A DNA stretch of 64,000 bases from Basidiobolus meristosporus CBS 931.73 (Eukaryota; Fungi; Basidiobolomycota): positions 1 to 64,000 of the forward strand of contig MCFE01000131.1 of assembly GCA_002104905.1 (NCBI GenBank), written 5' to 3'. Positions 36,879-49,199 of the stretch are shown here, piece by piece. The stretch's first letter is position 1. The number at the start of each line of letters is the position of its first letter. A model generated the notes under the pieces. It worked only from the letters and a program-made list of their open reading frames with translations, was not told the origin of the DNA and did not search any database. The position numbers and the translations under genes are program-made.

Positions 36879-38963
36879 ATTACCCATGCACTGGGGCTGC
36901 TTAGCTTCTTAATGCCATAGGCATGGTTGTCACCATGTGCACATCTGTCCTCAGTATTTTCCAACTCTTCATCACTGTCCTCTATGCACCAATTTACCAC
37001 ATCCATGACAGACTTGAAGGTAATATTTTGATGAGATTGGGATATGGTGGTACATGCAACTTGACTCATCTTGCTATCTCCCCACACATCTGTTCTATGG
37101 GAAACTCCCAAAAGGTGAAGCAAAGTCCAAAAGTCTCAGCACACCAAGCAAGATGGAGTAGCAAATGGATGCAGTAGTGGCAGAGATCTATGCATTCAGC
37201 TTTATGTTTGTAGTATAGCCACCCAAGTCCTATCACAAACTCTGTGCACAAAAGATGTAGATGCATCAAGTTGGCATTGGTGATTTGCTTCTGAAAGAAT
37301 ATGCCTACAATGTCCACATATGACTCCCAATGCTTCCAATGTACTCTTGGTAGGAATGGCTTCAGATCTAAATCATCCAGTCCTTGCACTTGTACTGTTG
37401 CATATGTGTATGAATGTTGATTGGAGCCCGTGAGAAGTACTTAGGGTGGCAGATACATAGTAATATCTTGCCAATTCTTTCAGGTTTCTCTAGTATATCA
37501 GAGGGCTCATTTAGCTTGAAATGCCCCATGTAGAACTTGGTTGTTAGCATAGAGATATTGTTGAAAAGCAAATAAATTGCTCCCAGTGGAAAGCTTTTGC
37601 TCCAATAGATACCCTCTATCTTAAGTATCTCTGGTTTCCAATTAATTCCATATTCCAGTCAATGGCTTATAGCTTGCCAACTTTGCTGCAATTGCATGCT
37701 GACATATGCATGTTTTCTCTACAGAAGGATGATGTTTTAAGTGTTGGTGTTTGGGTAATAACAATATATGTGCGTTATGGAGTAAATCCCTGTAATATCA
37801 CATGTCTGACAGCAATACCATCTATTCTGCCAAGAAAAGTTGGTTATCTTGCTGATGGATGGGTATCTCCAATGCAGATAATAATATGAGCTTTGCCATG
37901 ATGGCTATTTACTGTTATCCTGTTGGAAAGCATACAAACACTGCCCAGCAATGGATACAGGTAGCTATCCAGGTTGGATGGTGATTTAGGCCCAGATACT
38001 AGTGAGACTAACATCAGATTTTGGCCCTAATGCCATAAGATAGGCAGCAGTTTCAGGCAGATGATAATTGATGGCCAGCAGGATTTGCTGGTAAAGTACT
38101 AGTCTTATGAGAATCCATCAAATGTCAAGGCAAAGCTATGGTCATATATAACTTTAAAGTAGCCCTTGCTACTTAACTTTTTGTGATATTTACCATAGAA
38201 TATATCAGATATGTTTGCGCTTGGTTAATACAAAGCACAGTACTTTATTGCTGCACAATATTTGTTTGACTGCAAGAGCTTCTTTAGACAGGATATTACT
38301 AGAAAATATACAGAGTAAGAGCAAAGTTTCCCCCAATGGTGGTAGATTCCTGAAAAGCTGGACACCTTACAATGGTGGTATTTTCTGATGTGAATGCCAT
38401 GCAACTGCTAATACATGCTGGTATCAGGACAGTCTCTGGGTCAAATTTTACCAGCCACATGACAGTTGTCCATTTATACCATTTAGATGGTAAGTTGCAT
38501 CCTGGGATAATTATGGCAAGAAGTAGTAGTAAATCCTCATAGCCCCCATCATCAATAATTGTGGAAACACACCACTTCTCTAGCCACAGCATTACATCAT
38601 TTACCAGTAGATGGATTACTGGGCTCACTTAACTCCAAAAAGTATCCTTGGCATTTTTTTCCACAGGCATTGTCTCATTGTATTATGGGAATTTGCCAGG
38701 CTCATGCAGGGTACTGTCAGTAGGGAAGATAAGCTCACAATCCATCAGTGAGCCTGCTTCTTCAGATCTAGCACTCTGCATGCCATATTCAGACAGCTAG
38801 GGTGAGCCTAAGGGTGTCACAAACTCACCTGACTCAGTTTGCACAAGGTGACAGATACAGCTAGGTGCCATTTTTGAAGTATCAAGTGGCTGGCAAGATA
38901 TTGTTGGTGCAGTAGTGACTGGTGAATGGTCATATTTGACTTGTGTGGCAGAACATGGGCCAT

Positions 38964-40032
38964 TGTAGTGGGGTCACAGTGACATCCACTGACAGATGTG
39001 CTCATTCCCATATTTTCAACTTCCCTGTATCTTTACTACACTTATTTTAATTTATCCCATTTGTCTTACCTGATCAGTACTATCCCATAAGCTGGTTGAC
39101 TATCATGCCTGCTTACCTTATTGCATAAGTTATCCCTCACTTTATATAGAATACTAGCTATAAGTGCTTCTATATTAAGCAAGTACCCATGCCATTACCC
39201 ATGACACATGATCAACCTGTGTCACTATCCCTACCATTTCCATACCATAGATGGTATCCCCATGTTACACAGGCTTCAGAGTACTGATTCCTGATTGGTT
39301 GGACTTGCTGTGCCTCTTAGAACCTTCTGGCACCTACTTAAAACATTGTTAGGTCATTCTGATGTCATTAAGATTTCTATTGATGTTTGGAACCTTCTGG
39401 AATACTATGATTAGTAATCACTTAGCCATTGAGAAAAGTATTCAAGGGAGGCAATACCTTGATAATAAAGCATCATCCCTGATATCAATATACCAACTTG
39501 TTGATTAGTTTGATCACTGCTACCTGTTGCTACCTGAATTTCCAACCCCAGAACACAGGACACTCCCAGGAAGCCACACTGACAGCCAACTGACCTTGGA
39601 GGCACTACTAGTGAGGAATACTCAGAGTAGGTATCTTTTACTATATTTGATTCTTTCCCAAGTTTGTTCTTATAAAGGCTAAGATACTTTTCTGTCTTTG
39701 TAACTATTGACCACAGCTGCATTCTTATCAAGTCTCTGCTGGTGGAGTTTACAGTTGTTTTGACTTTGGAAGCTTTAGTACATTTTCATCTCAAAGGACA
39801 CTGAGCCCAGCACATACTTTTGTTAAGATGCCAACTAAGTTGGGGATTGTAGCTCAATAGTTTTCTCTTGACAAGCTTGTGGCTTTATTCCCCATCACAT
39901 TAGATTAGAGACAGAGCCCAAGTATTCCTAGCAAGCTTTTGCCAGATGTTATTGCACCCAGTCAACACCCCACACACAAAACACTTGAGAAGTGTTGGAC
40001 ATATCTTTCCCTAGGACTTATACACCACCGCA
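38964..40032. repeat. solo LTR-like insertion (1069 bp) with perfect CCAT 4-bp TSD
   Basis: CCAT|TGTAGTGGGG...CACCACCGCA|CCAT. The transposase sequence resumes exactly on both sides. Confidence 0.88.
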
Positions 40033-40835
40033 CCATGATTCTTGTAATACTTCCTATGCTGTCAGCAAGCTTCATGACTGAGAGACTTGCTACAATAGTT
40101 ACATGTTCTTTTTTCTCTTTGCTTACAACATTGAATCAAAGTAGTCTTGTCCATAGGACAACCAGTTTGCCACTCAGCAATATAACACTATTGTAATACT
40201 TTGTTGTCCATACTCATGTGAATTTAAGACAGTCTTGTATTTGAGACATTGTACCTACATGCATGTAAAATTCAATGGTAACCTGCCATAGTAAATATCA
40301 TAATTAAAGTGGTGGCACCATATACACACATATATGTGACACCATTTCCCCTTTGCTTTTGCTCACTTACATGTATATGCCACCAAAAAAAAGTAAAGTC
40401 ATCTGGTTCCCAACTAAACCCCACTACTGACAGCAGCCAAAGAGTGGTTTGGCAACATCATGCTTTGACATTCTGTGCAACAAGCAGGGCTACAACCAAA
40501 AAAGGCCCCATGGACAGGGTGCCTACTGAAGGGAATAATGCGGACTTTTCAAGCTCTCAGTCAAGTAGGCAATTGGGAATCTCTGCAGAGATACAAGCTG
40601 AACATAATGCTGAGGCATATGAGAATCTAGCAAAAGCAGTACCTTTACATGAAGACCAGCAAGTGGCCTTTGTAACCTCACCACCACCTGTATTAGCAAG
40701 TATGTTGTCAGCTCATACCAAAGCATTAGTGAGGCAATTTGATGCAGTGGCTGATAGGATAGATGCAACTGCCCAGAGAAATCAGGAAATAGTCCAGAAA
40801 CAGGATTAGTGAATGAATGGCATAGAGTAGTCAAT

Positions 40836-42624
40836 AGATTTGTTCTGTTGGATAGTACCACATAGTGCCAGCCTGTTTACGGTGCCGGATCAATCTGGCA
40901 CTATAATTTCTATTATGATGCCAGTGGTATAATACAGTTACTGGTAATTTTACTCAATCTTACTTATGTTACTCAGAATAGTGCTTTCCTTGCTTTATTT
41001 ACTCTTCATAATGCTCCAGAAATATTTCTCTCAGTGGATGTCTTCTTATATGAACATACTGTGCATTAATAAGTATCTTAACTATTTTACCTATTCTGCT
41101 GTTTTCTCCTATATATGACTTTCCTCTGTATTTACCTGCCAATATGCTGAATCTCTTCAGATATACAAATGTATGCTTTACCCTCACTCTGAAATGGTTA
41201 AATATCTCATTGTATTTGATGGTCCACAGTACTTGGAATAGATCTCCTCTAGTGTGTCAAAAGGAAATCCAGTGGTAGTAATGGGATTGATGAGAAAAGA
41301 CCATTCAGATAAGTAAGTCATATTAAAATTGATGGATGATTGTATGGAGGCGGTTTAAATCAATTCGGTGAACACCCTTTACCAGAACGCCCCACATTGA
41401 GTCAACGCGCATGCTTCAGAGCAAAACTACAAGAACTCGCAAAACTGCTCATTTAGACACAAGTCCATTGGAGCGGACCAAGTTGCGTCAACATGCAGCA
41501 TCACATCAAACTCAGCCAAGGGCCATCTCAATGCGTCAAGGTGCGCCTGCGCATGCTGTTTTGCCTGACCATCAGCAAGTTACTTCTGGTGAACTGACTG
41601 ATGATGACCAACATGAAGTGCCTCAACCACTGGAGCCCTTGGCAAGTAAAAGAATGCGTCAGCGCATGGCACTACAGGCTGGTTCAGTTGGTTCAGTCAG
41701 AGCAATTCAGCGTGGTCAAGCTGCAGCATTGCACTCATCAACTAGGAGGCAAAATACTGACTACAAATACACAAGTAGCCAAGATGATAGTCAGCCAGGA
41801 AGTAGTATAAGCGTGCAAAGTGAGTCACTACCAAATGCTTCAGTAGTAATCCCTGTGAGAAAAAAACCCAGGAGAAGATGATGCAATTGCTTTGAATTGC
41901 TCAAATTTGTAATGATCCCAACAACTCATTTTTTTTGTGATCCAAATTGAGCCATTGCAAATCAGTGATCATCAAATTTTTGATATAAGTAATATCAAGG
42001 TTGTCTCACATTTGAGACAGAACCCCTATAAATAAACACCCTGCATATATATACGTCATCTGTAATACCAGTGCAGCTATTAGATCTGTTTTGCACCTAC
42101 ACAATTGCTTGCGTGCTAGCTATGACACCTTGTCCAATCACTAGGATCAGGGATTTACTTGCTCAATGGGCAAATTGGAATATTTGATGGCAAATCAGGT
42201 AGCTTTTTTAGTAGTCAATGAGCCAATTGGGGGCTGCCAGCTTCAGGATACTTTTGGGCCAATTAACCACTGAGATGCCGTCCAATTGGAGTGAGGGTAA
42301 CCAAAATGGTAAGTATCAGTGTAGTTTATAGTGTGATACACATTTATTTCCATTTACATTAAAGAAACATATCCAAATACCGGATTTTACCTGCCATAAT
42401 AGCGGCATCCAATTGCGCACGTGATGCAAATATTACAACTTGGTGCAATCATCCGTGCCAACCTCATCATGTCAGATTGTGCCATAGTGTGCAAGATTGT
42501 GCTGCATAGTGCAAAATTGTCCAAGAACAAACCTACCTTCTGGTAGCTATAATATTGCGCCCAATTGTTCTTTACAACCATGGATTGAGCCATGCACCCT
42601 GGCATGGTACAATGGAACAAGTCT
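40836..42624. mobile_element. 1.8-kb non-autonomous TIR element (AGACTTGTTCC family) with AAT TSD, carrying gene-like cargo
   Basis: AAT|AGATTTGTTCTGTTGGATAGT...CAATGGAACAAGTCT|AAT. ORF2 of copy C (HAEQS/ISQVEKA homologue) resumes across it. A second, fragmented copy lies at ~35000-35412 plus 44552-45497. Confidence 0.85.
41411..41881 (+). CDS. low-complexity basic ORF inside the 1.8-kb TIR element (156 aa, C-terminal RKKPRRR)
   Basis: Open frame that retains CpGs. A decayed homologue lies at ~35000-35390. It is preceded by a GTAAGT...TTTTACCAG intron-like segment and an upstream frame with two stops. It may be a pseudogene exon. Confidence 0.4.
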   Translation: MLQSKTTRTRKTAHLDTSPLERTKLRQHAASHQTQPRAISMRQGAPAHAVLPDHQQVTSGELTDDDQHEVPQPLEPLASKRMRQRMALQAGSVGSVRAIQRGQAAALHSSTRRQNTDYKYTSSQDDSQPGSSISVQSESLPNASVVIPVRKKPRRR

Positions 42625-44563
42625 AATATCTCAGGTGGAGAAAGCTGTATCTTTGCTGTAAAGAATGAATTCAAGTAGCTGAATGTTACAGCCCAGAATG
42701 GAGCCATTTCCCAAGGTAACAGCAGAGAAACACTGTACAGTCTTTGAAGCACAACAACAGTGCCAAAAGACAAAGCCCACAAAAAAACCTATCACAGTAT
42801 CAGAGGGAGAAAATGTAGTGTTTGTACTAAAGCCTAAACATCAAAAGATATTGAAGATGCATGAAGCCATTGAGTACAATGATAAAGAGTGAGCTAATAT
42901 TCAAGAGGCCATTAGATATCTAGAATGCCAACACCTTATGGCCAGCATACCATGGAACCATCAGGAGCTCAAGGCCAGGCCGAATGTGCTTGACTTGCAG
43001 CATGAGCATTATCCTGGATTCAATCAAGCACATGGATTTCAGGCAAGCATTGGTATGGAAAAAAAGTATCTCAAGAGTAGCAGAAACTATCAAAGGCAGA
43101 AGAACAAGAGTGCAATGGCTTACAACCAGTGGCTTTCTCAGGAGCCCATTACAAAGATGGCCAAAAGCTCCAAACAAGCATCATTGTAACATCATGTAGC
43201 TGGAAGTGGGCTGATAAGGGGAAAGCAGGCACACACAGATGTACCAGCATAGCATTTGCCTAGTAAAGAGCCTAGCTCTGCTCAAGAAGTATTCAGTCAA
43301 AGTAGCAGTGAAGGTCCTGGCAGTGATTAAAACAAGTGGCTACCTCAGGAGCCTATCACAGTGTGAATTGAGAGCTAGAAACAAGTAGAAAAGAAGTGCC
43401 AGGTTGCCTGCAGAGTGCCAGTAAGGGATAAGCAGGTTAAAACAGAGGTATCAGAGCAGCATTCATCAAGGAGAAAATGTAGTTCAACCAAAGAAGCACT
43501 CAGACAAAGTAGCAGTGAGAGACCTGACAGTGCTAAAGGGGAAGGTAAATGGAAAAAGTCTACACAAGCAAAAGAAATGGAAGTGTGAGAAAATAGCTGC
43601 AGCTCTTGCCATTCAATGCTGTAAGCCAAGAACACACTAAATTTCACTGTAGCCAAGAGGAATTACCAACAGGAAAGCAGGTGTTCCTACCAAAGCTGGA
43701 AGCACAGCAAGTTGAGCTACACTCCAGTGAGGTAGATGCATTTGCAGAGAAAGACAATTGGTCTACCACAATGTCCATGTCCTCCATTGTGACAGAGTGG
43801 AAAACCCACTGACAGACAAAGTAGCAAGATCAAGAACTCAAAAGCTTACCAAAACACCTTCAGTGGAATTTTGATACTAATAGGCTCACCAAGAGGTTGC
43901 TGCACTTCTTCAAGACCAGTGCTCAAGAAAAGGCACTTAAATATTGCAAGGATATTGCAATGACTGGCAGCTGAGGTGCTAGACCTTGCAGTGACAGCTG
44001 AAGACCAGGACAAATGGGAATCAGTGAATGAACAGTGGCATAAAGCCATAAGGCTCCCACCAAAGTCAAGCAAACAGAGCTTTAAAGTAGAAATATTTAT
44101 TGAGTGGCAGATTTGATGAAGTTAATTGTTGAGTATGAGGTTTGAATTAATGTTAGGGTGGGGCATTGGGACTTGCATAGGTCAATGTAATTGTCAATGG
44201 AGGTATAATCAAAGCTTCAACAGTAATATATCACTTTGTATGGATGAAAAGTAAGAGAAACAGTTGAGTCAGGAATTAAAAAGTTTGAAAAAGAAGTAAT
44301 AGAGAATCAATGCATGCAAACATAGGAGGTGATAGAGTTTCTGGGATCAGAAAGTGAGAAAATTGGCAGAGAACCAGTCAAAGCCACTTTTGGTTGTAAT
44401 GAAAATTTTGATAAGTATTTTGGGAAATCCGGGGTGCAATTGTTTTTTATGGTCCTTGTATGGTGTCCTGATGGGATCAATACTTCTTAGTCATGAAACT
44501 TGAACTTGTGATGGCCTTTTGACAGGATCATCATAATAATTCTTCATAGAGCTGCTAGTATAT

Positions 44564-44884
44564 CCCTATGAGAAATCTAAAACTAAGAATTCATCGGATT
44601 TTTAGCTGGTATTCTGCTGGTATTCTATTGGTATTTTGCTGGTATTCAGCTGGTGCTTTGGGTTCAAAATTTCAAATGCCATTTTTGATGGAAGTAATGG
44701 GCAGCTAATTACTAAATTTGGCATGGATGCTAGTTTGCCTACTCTCCTCCTGGAGAACTTGCTTGCCTGCCTACAGAGTAGCTCAGAATAGAGATATTGA
44801 GAGTTGTCCATTTGAGTAACATGGAATTCAGCTGATACAATGATTTTATTTTGCTGGCCTTTTCTCAATTATTTTTCTTACAGA
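44564..44884. mobile_element. ~320-bp non-autonomous CACTA-like element with subterminal repeats
   Basis: Starts CCCTATGAGAAAT, carries tandem (G)CTGGTATT motifs at 44600-44650, ends ...TTTTTCTTACAGA, and is flanked by TAT on both sides. Confidence 0.55.
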
Positions 44885-45499
44885 TATGTCATGATGCAAA
44901 CAACAGCAGAACCCTTATAGGAAAACACCTTGCATACTTACATCTCATTTGTACCACTAGTTCAGCTATTTGGTTTGCATTGCATCTATTAGATTTGTTG
45001 TGTGCTAGCAATGACACCTTGGCTAATCACTAAAATTGCAAATTTACTTTCTCAGTGGGCAAAACAGGATATCTGATGGAAAATCAGGTAGCTTATGTAT
45101 TAGTCAATGAGCAAATTGGAAGCTCACTTATTTGGAATACTTTTAGACCAATCAATCACTGACATTCCATCCAATTTGGGTGATGGTAACCAAGGCGGTA
45201 AATATCAGTGTAGTTTGTATTGTGATATAAATTAATTTATCTTTACATTCAAGAAGCATTTCCACATACTGGATTTCATGTACCATAATGGTATTATCCA
45301 ATGCGCATGTGATGCAAACATTACTGGTGGGAGCAATCATCTGTGCCAAACTCACTGTATCAGATTGTGCCATAGTGTGTGGATTTTCTCACATAGTGCA
45401 AAATGTCCCAGAGCAACCTGGTGTACTGATAGCTATAGCATTGCACCTTATTATTCTTAGCAACCATTGATTGTACTGCATGCTCTGGCATGGAACAAC

Positions 45500-48400
45500 T
45501 GAGCAAGTCATTTATCTTTAGGTGCTGTCATTGTGCCTCAAAGACTGTGAGATGCTCCTCTGCAGTTGCATTGGTAAATGGCCCAATTTGTGGCGGTGAA
45601 AATGAGCTAATTGAGTTCCATCTTTATAGCCTTGATACAGCATTCTTGACCTGCAATATAAATTGCTCTGTATGTGTTACCCACTCTGCCTGTCCCTGGA
45701 CTATTTCCTGATTTCTCTGGACCATAATATCTCTCCTATTGGTCACTGCACCACAAGTGCCTCATTAATGCTTTGATATAAGCTGACAAATAGTTGCTAT
45801 TACTGGTGGTAGGGATATTATGCCAGTCACTGACTGGTCTACTACCTGAGGTACTGCATTTGCTAAATTCTCATCTTCCTGAGGACTCTCTTAGCTTGTA
45901 GGTTGCAAAGATTCTCAACTGTTTACTTGAATGAGCGCCTGAGGAGTCTGCATTTTTGCCTTAAGTGAGCACAATGTCAAAGCAGCCTTTTTGGATGCAG
46001 CCCTGCTTATTGCACTGAGTGTCAGAGCATGCTGTAGTCCAACCATATTACTGCTGCTGTCAGTGGTATTGTTTATTGGGTACCAGAATCCTATGCTTTA
46101 CTTTTTGCTGGTGCATATGAAAGTAAGTCAAACCAAAGGTGAAGTTTTACAACAATGTGATGCTGTTGAATGTCATGCTGATTGCCCTATAGATAAGAAA
46201 ATTTCAATTCTATGCCATATAGAAGGGAAAAGCAATTGCATAGCTATTGCAACAAGCCTCTCAGCCATGAAGCATGCAGACAGCATAGGAAGTATTTCCA
46301 GGATCACAGCAAGTATTTTGTTGCACAAGTTATATTTGGTCATTTATAGGTCACTACTCTACCAACAATATCTGACTAGCTACCTGATACTTCTGCCAAG
46401 ATACCCAGCTATACTTGTCACATTGTACTAAACAAGTCAGACACTAAGCTAGTCAGGCCTTTTGGATTACCTTGGCCTTCTGAATATTGCCTGAGGAGTG
46501 ATAGCTCTGAAGAGCAAGGATCACTGATGAATTGTGAGCCTAACACACCTCACTACAGTGTCCTGCCTGTGCCTGGCAGAATCCCAATGTTCAATGTGAC
46601 AACACCAATGGAGAAGTATTCAAAGGATACTCTGTGAAGCCAAATAAGCTCAGTTGTTCATATACTGGTGAGTGCTGTGATATTGTGGCTGAAGAAGTGG
46701 TGAATTCCACCAATATTTGTAATGGGGGCCTTGACAATTCACTGCTACTTCTTGCCAAAAATGTTTGGGGATGTAACTTACTGTTTACTTGGTACAAATG
46801 GAAACAGTCATGCAGCTGGCTACATATGATCCAGAGACAGTTCTGTTACCTGTGTGTGCAAACAGTTGGATGGCATTCACATCACAAATTGGTGCCATTG
46901 CAACTAGTCCAACTTGTCTGAAATCCACTACTACAGGAGGAAAATATTGTTTGCATTCCAGAAATATTCTAGTAAAACCCAATCTAAAAAAGCTCCTGTA
47001 GTCCAGTAAATCTTTTGAAGCTATGGAAGTACTGCACCAAGTCACAATTAAACATAAACCTTTCCAACATATTTGAAGGCAACCAATACTAACTATTAAG
47101 AAATAAGGCCTATTTTGAAGGTATGCATTGCAATTCATTCCCTAGGCTCTTTTGGATTTTCACTGAACAAGTACCCTGTCAGTAAATCCTGCCAACCACT
47201 GATTCTCATTAACTTGAATCTGCATCTAATCTTACTCCATAAGGGCAGAGCTCAATGATAGTCTTACTAATATCTAGGCCTAACTAAATGTACAACCTGG
47301 ATAACTATCTGTATTCATTTCAGGAAGAATTTGCACACTATCAGGCAAAATACTAGCAAATTATTGTCATGTCTGAGCACATAATGTTATATGCTTTGGA
47401 CATACCCCAGCCATCAGAAAGATGGCTGGCATTTCTGGGTGCAATGGAGGGTATTGCTGTCTAGTATATGAGATCCAGGGGATTTATTCCATAAGTCACA
47501 CACATTATTATTATCCCAAGATCAGTATTGAGAACATTATCCTCCTGCAGAAAAAACATAGAAAAGGCAGCATGCCATTGCAGCAATGCAAGCAGCTATA
47601 TGCTATTGGCCAGAATATAGAAATAATCAGGACTTGAAGATACTTAAGATAGTGAGAGTATGCTGGAGCCAAAGCTTTCCGCTGAAAGTAATAAATTTGC
47701 TGCTCAAAAATATCTGTACACTAATTACCATGCTCTACCTGAAGCATTTTGGGCCAAATAAGCCCTTTGAGATACCAGAGAAGTTTGAAGAATTGGCAAG
47801 ATATTACACAGTATCTGTAGCACAAAGTATTTCTCATAGGCTTCAATCAATCTTTTCATGCAAATGCAATAATACAAAAGCATGGACTGGATAAACTGGA
47901 TAAGTAATATACTCATGTGGCCTTCTGGAACATTTTTCATCCAGAGTACATTGGAAGCATGGGGAGTCATATGGTCACATTGTGGGAATATTTATCCAGA
48001 CACTTATAACCAATGACACATATACAGCTTTTATGCAATGAGTTTGTGCTGGATCTGAGCAGGTATACTACAGGTACAATACCTAGTGTGCTGATTGTTG
48101 CTGTTTCTACTTACATTTACTACTCAGTTATTCCCAGTATGTGGAGAATATTAGACTTTGCTTCACCTTTTGAGAGTTTCCTATAGTGCATATATATTGG
48201 GAATTGGAAGAAAAGTCAAGCTACAAGTACTACTATATCCCAATCTCATCAGGAAAGTAAGCTTTGAGGCTGTTATGGATGAGGTGAGTGGACACATTTA
48301 GGACAGCCAAGATTAGTTGGAGAAAACCAAGAATAGTTGTGAACATGGAGACACCTATGCTGTTTACATTTAGAAGCTAAGCAGCACCAATGTGTGGGTA

Positions 48401-49130
48401 ATCAGATAAGTAATGCAAAGTTGGGTTGGGTACTAATCTTTACAGTGATACAAAGATGGGCTTGATGCAAACTGCAACTGAATCTTATTAATATGGCTTT
48501 GCAAAAATATGCTGGATTTCTCCTAGGTACAAGTCAATTTCATTCCCATTCAAAACAGAAGTTATCTAAACAAGAAGCAGGGCAGTCTTATTAGGGGGAC
48601 CAGAGTCCAGCAGGAAGAAGGTGTATATTGTAAAAGTTCCAATAAGTATTTTGCGGTTATTCAACAAGTATTTGTGGCAAAAGTGATGGCAGCTAATCAT
48701 AAATATGCAAAATGTATCTGCTACCAGTGATACATGGTAAATGGCAGCTTTGCAAGTATTGTACTGAGATGCTGTAAGGTTTAGGCAACAGAAGTGTGTC
48801 AGTTACAGTGGGTGTGCATGTTTGCAAAGGTTAGTAAGCAGGAGGCCACAGTTTTTCTCTTCAAACTATACTTTGAATATCCATGGCAGTAGCTTATAAG
48901 TGAATGATATGGTGTAACCCTATAGTGAAAATATGAGTGAGACAAGGGGAGGTAGTAAAAGAAAGTACTAGTTGGTAAATAGATATGGTAGCACTATAAC
49001 TACTACCTATAGGCTGTTATAATACTATTATAATGCTAACAGATGTCTACATCAAGGCAGTCAGAACACCATCAAGCCTTTTTTCATTTATATCTTTGGC
49101 ATGTGATGGCTGATTAATTCTGCTCAAATA
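45500..49130 (+). mobile_element. CACTA-like copy D: ORF2 N-terminal part (minus, 45500-46100), transposase (plus, ~46150-48860) and subterminal region
   Basis: Collinear with copy A (TVLLPVCANSWMAFT; YPNLIRK). It retains the transposase middle that is deleted in copy A. Termini are lost. Confidence 0.8.
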
Positions 49131-49199
49131 AGTGAAGCCTGCAATATGACAAGTAGAATGCCATCAAAGCCCTGTTGAAGAAATATTTAAGCACCATTA

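Larger units (their letters stand above)
35413..44551 (-). mobile_element. near full-length CACTA-like copy C (~5.5 kb after removing three nested insertions)
   Basis: Termini CCCTATGAAAAG and ...TTCTTCATAGAG. Transposase on the minus strand (~35800-40260, including LTFDGF...CWP...SGPKSPSNLDSYLYP) and ORF2 on the plus strand (~40380-44200). Flanks TTG/CTG are a possible 3-bp TSD. Confidence 0.85.

Noticed and set aside
39711-39715. CCACA as the end of the 38964 LTR
   Set aside because: The paralogue has TGTG here (CpG decay), and the true end with the CCAT TSD is at 40032.
44590-44660. Tandem CTGGTATT motifs as a CRISPR-like or satellite array
   Set aside because: Short, spacer-less and subterminal to a CCC end, consistent with CACTA subterminal repeats.
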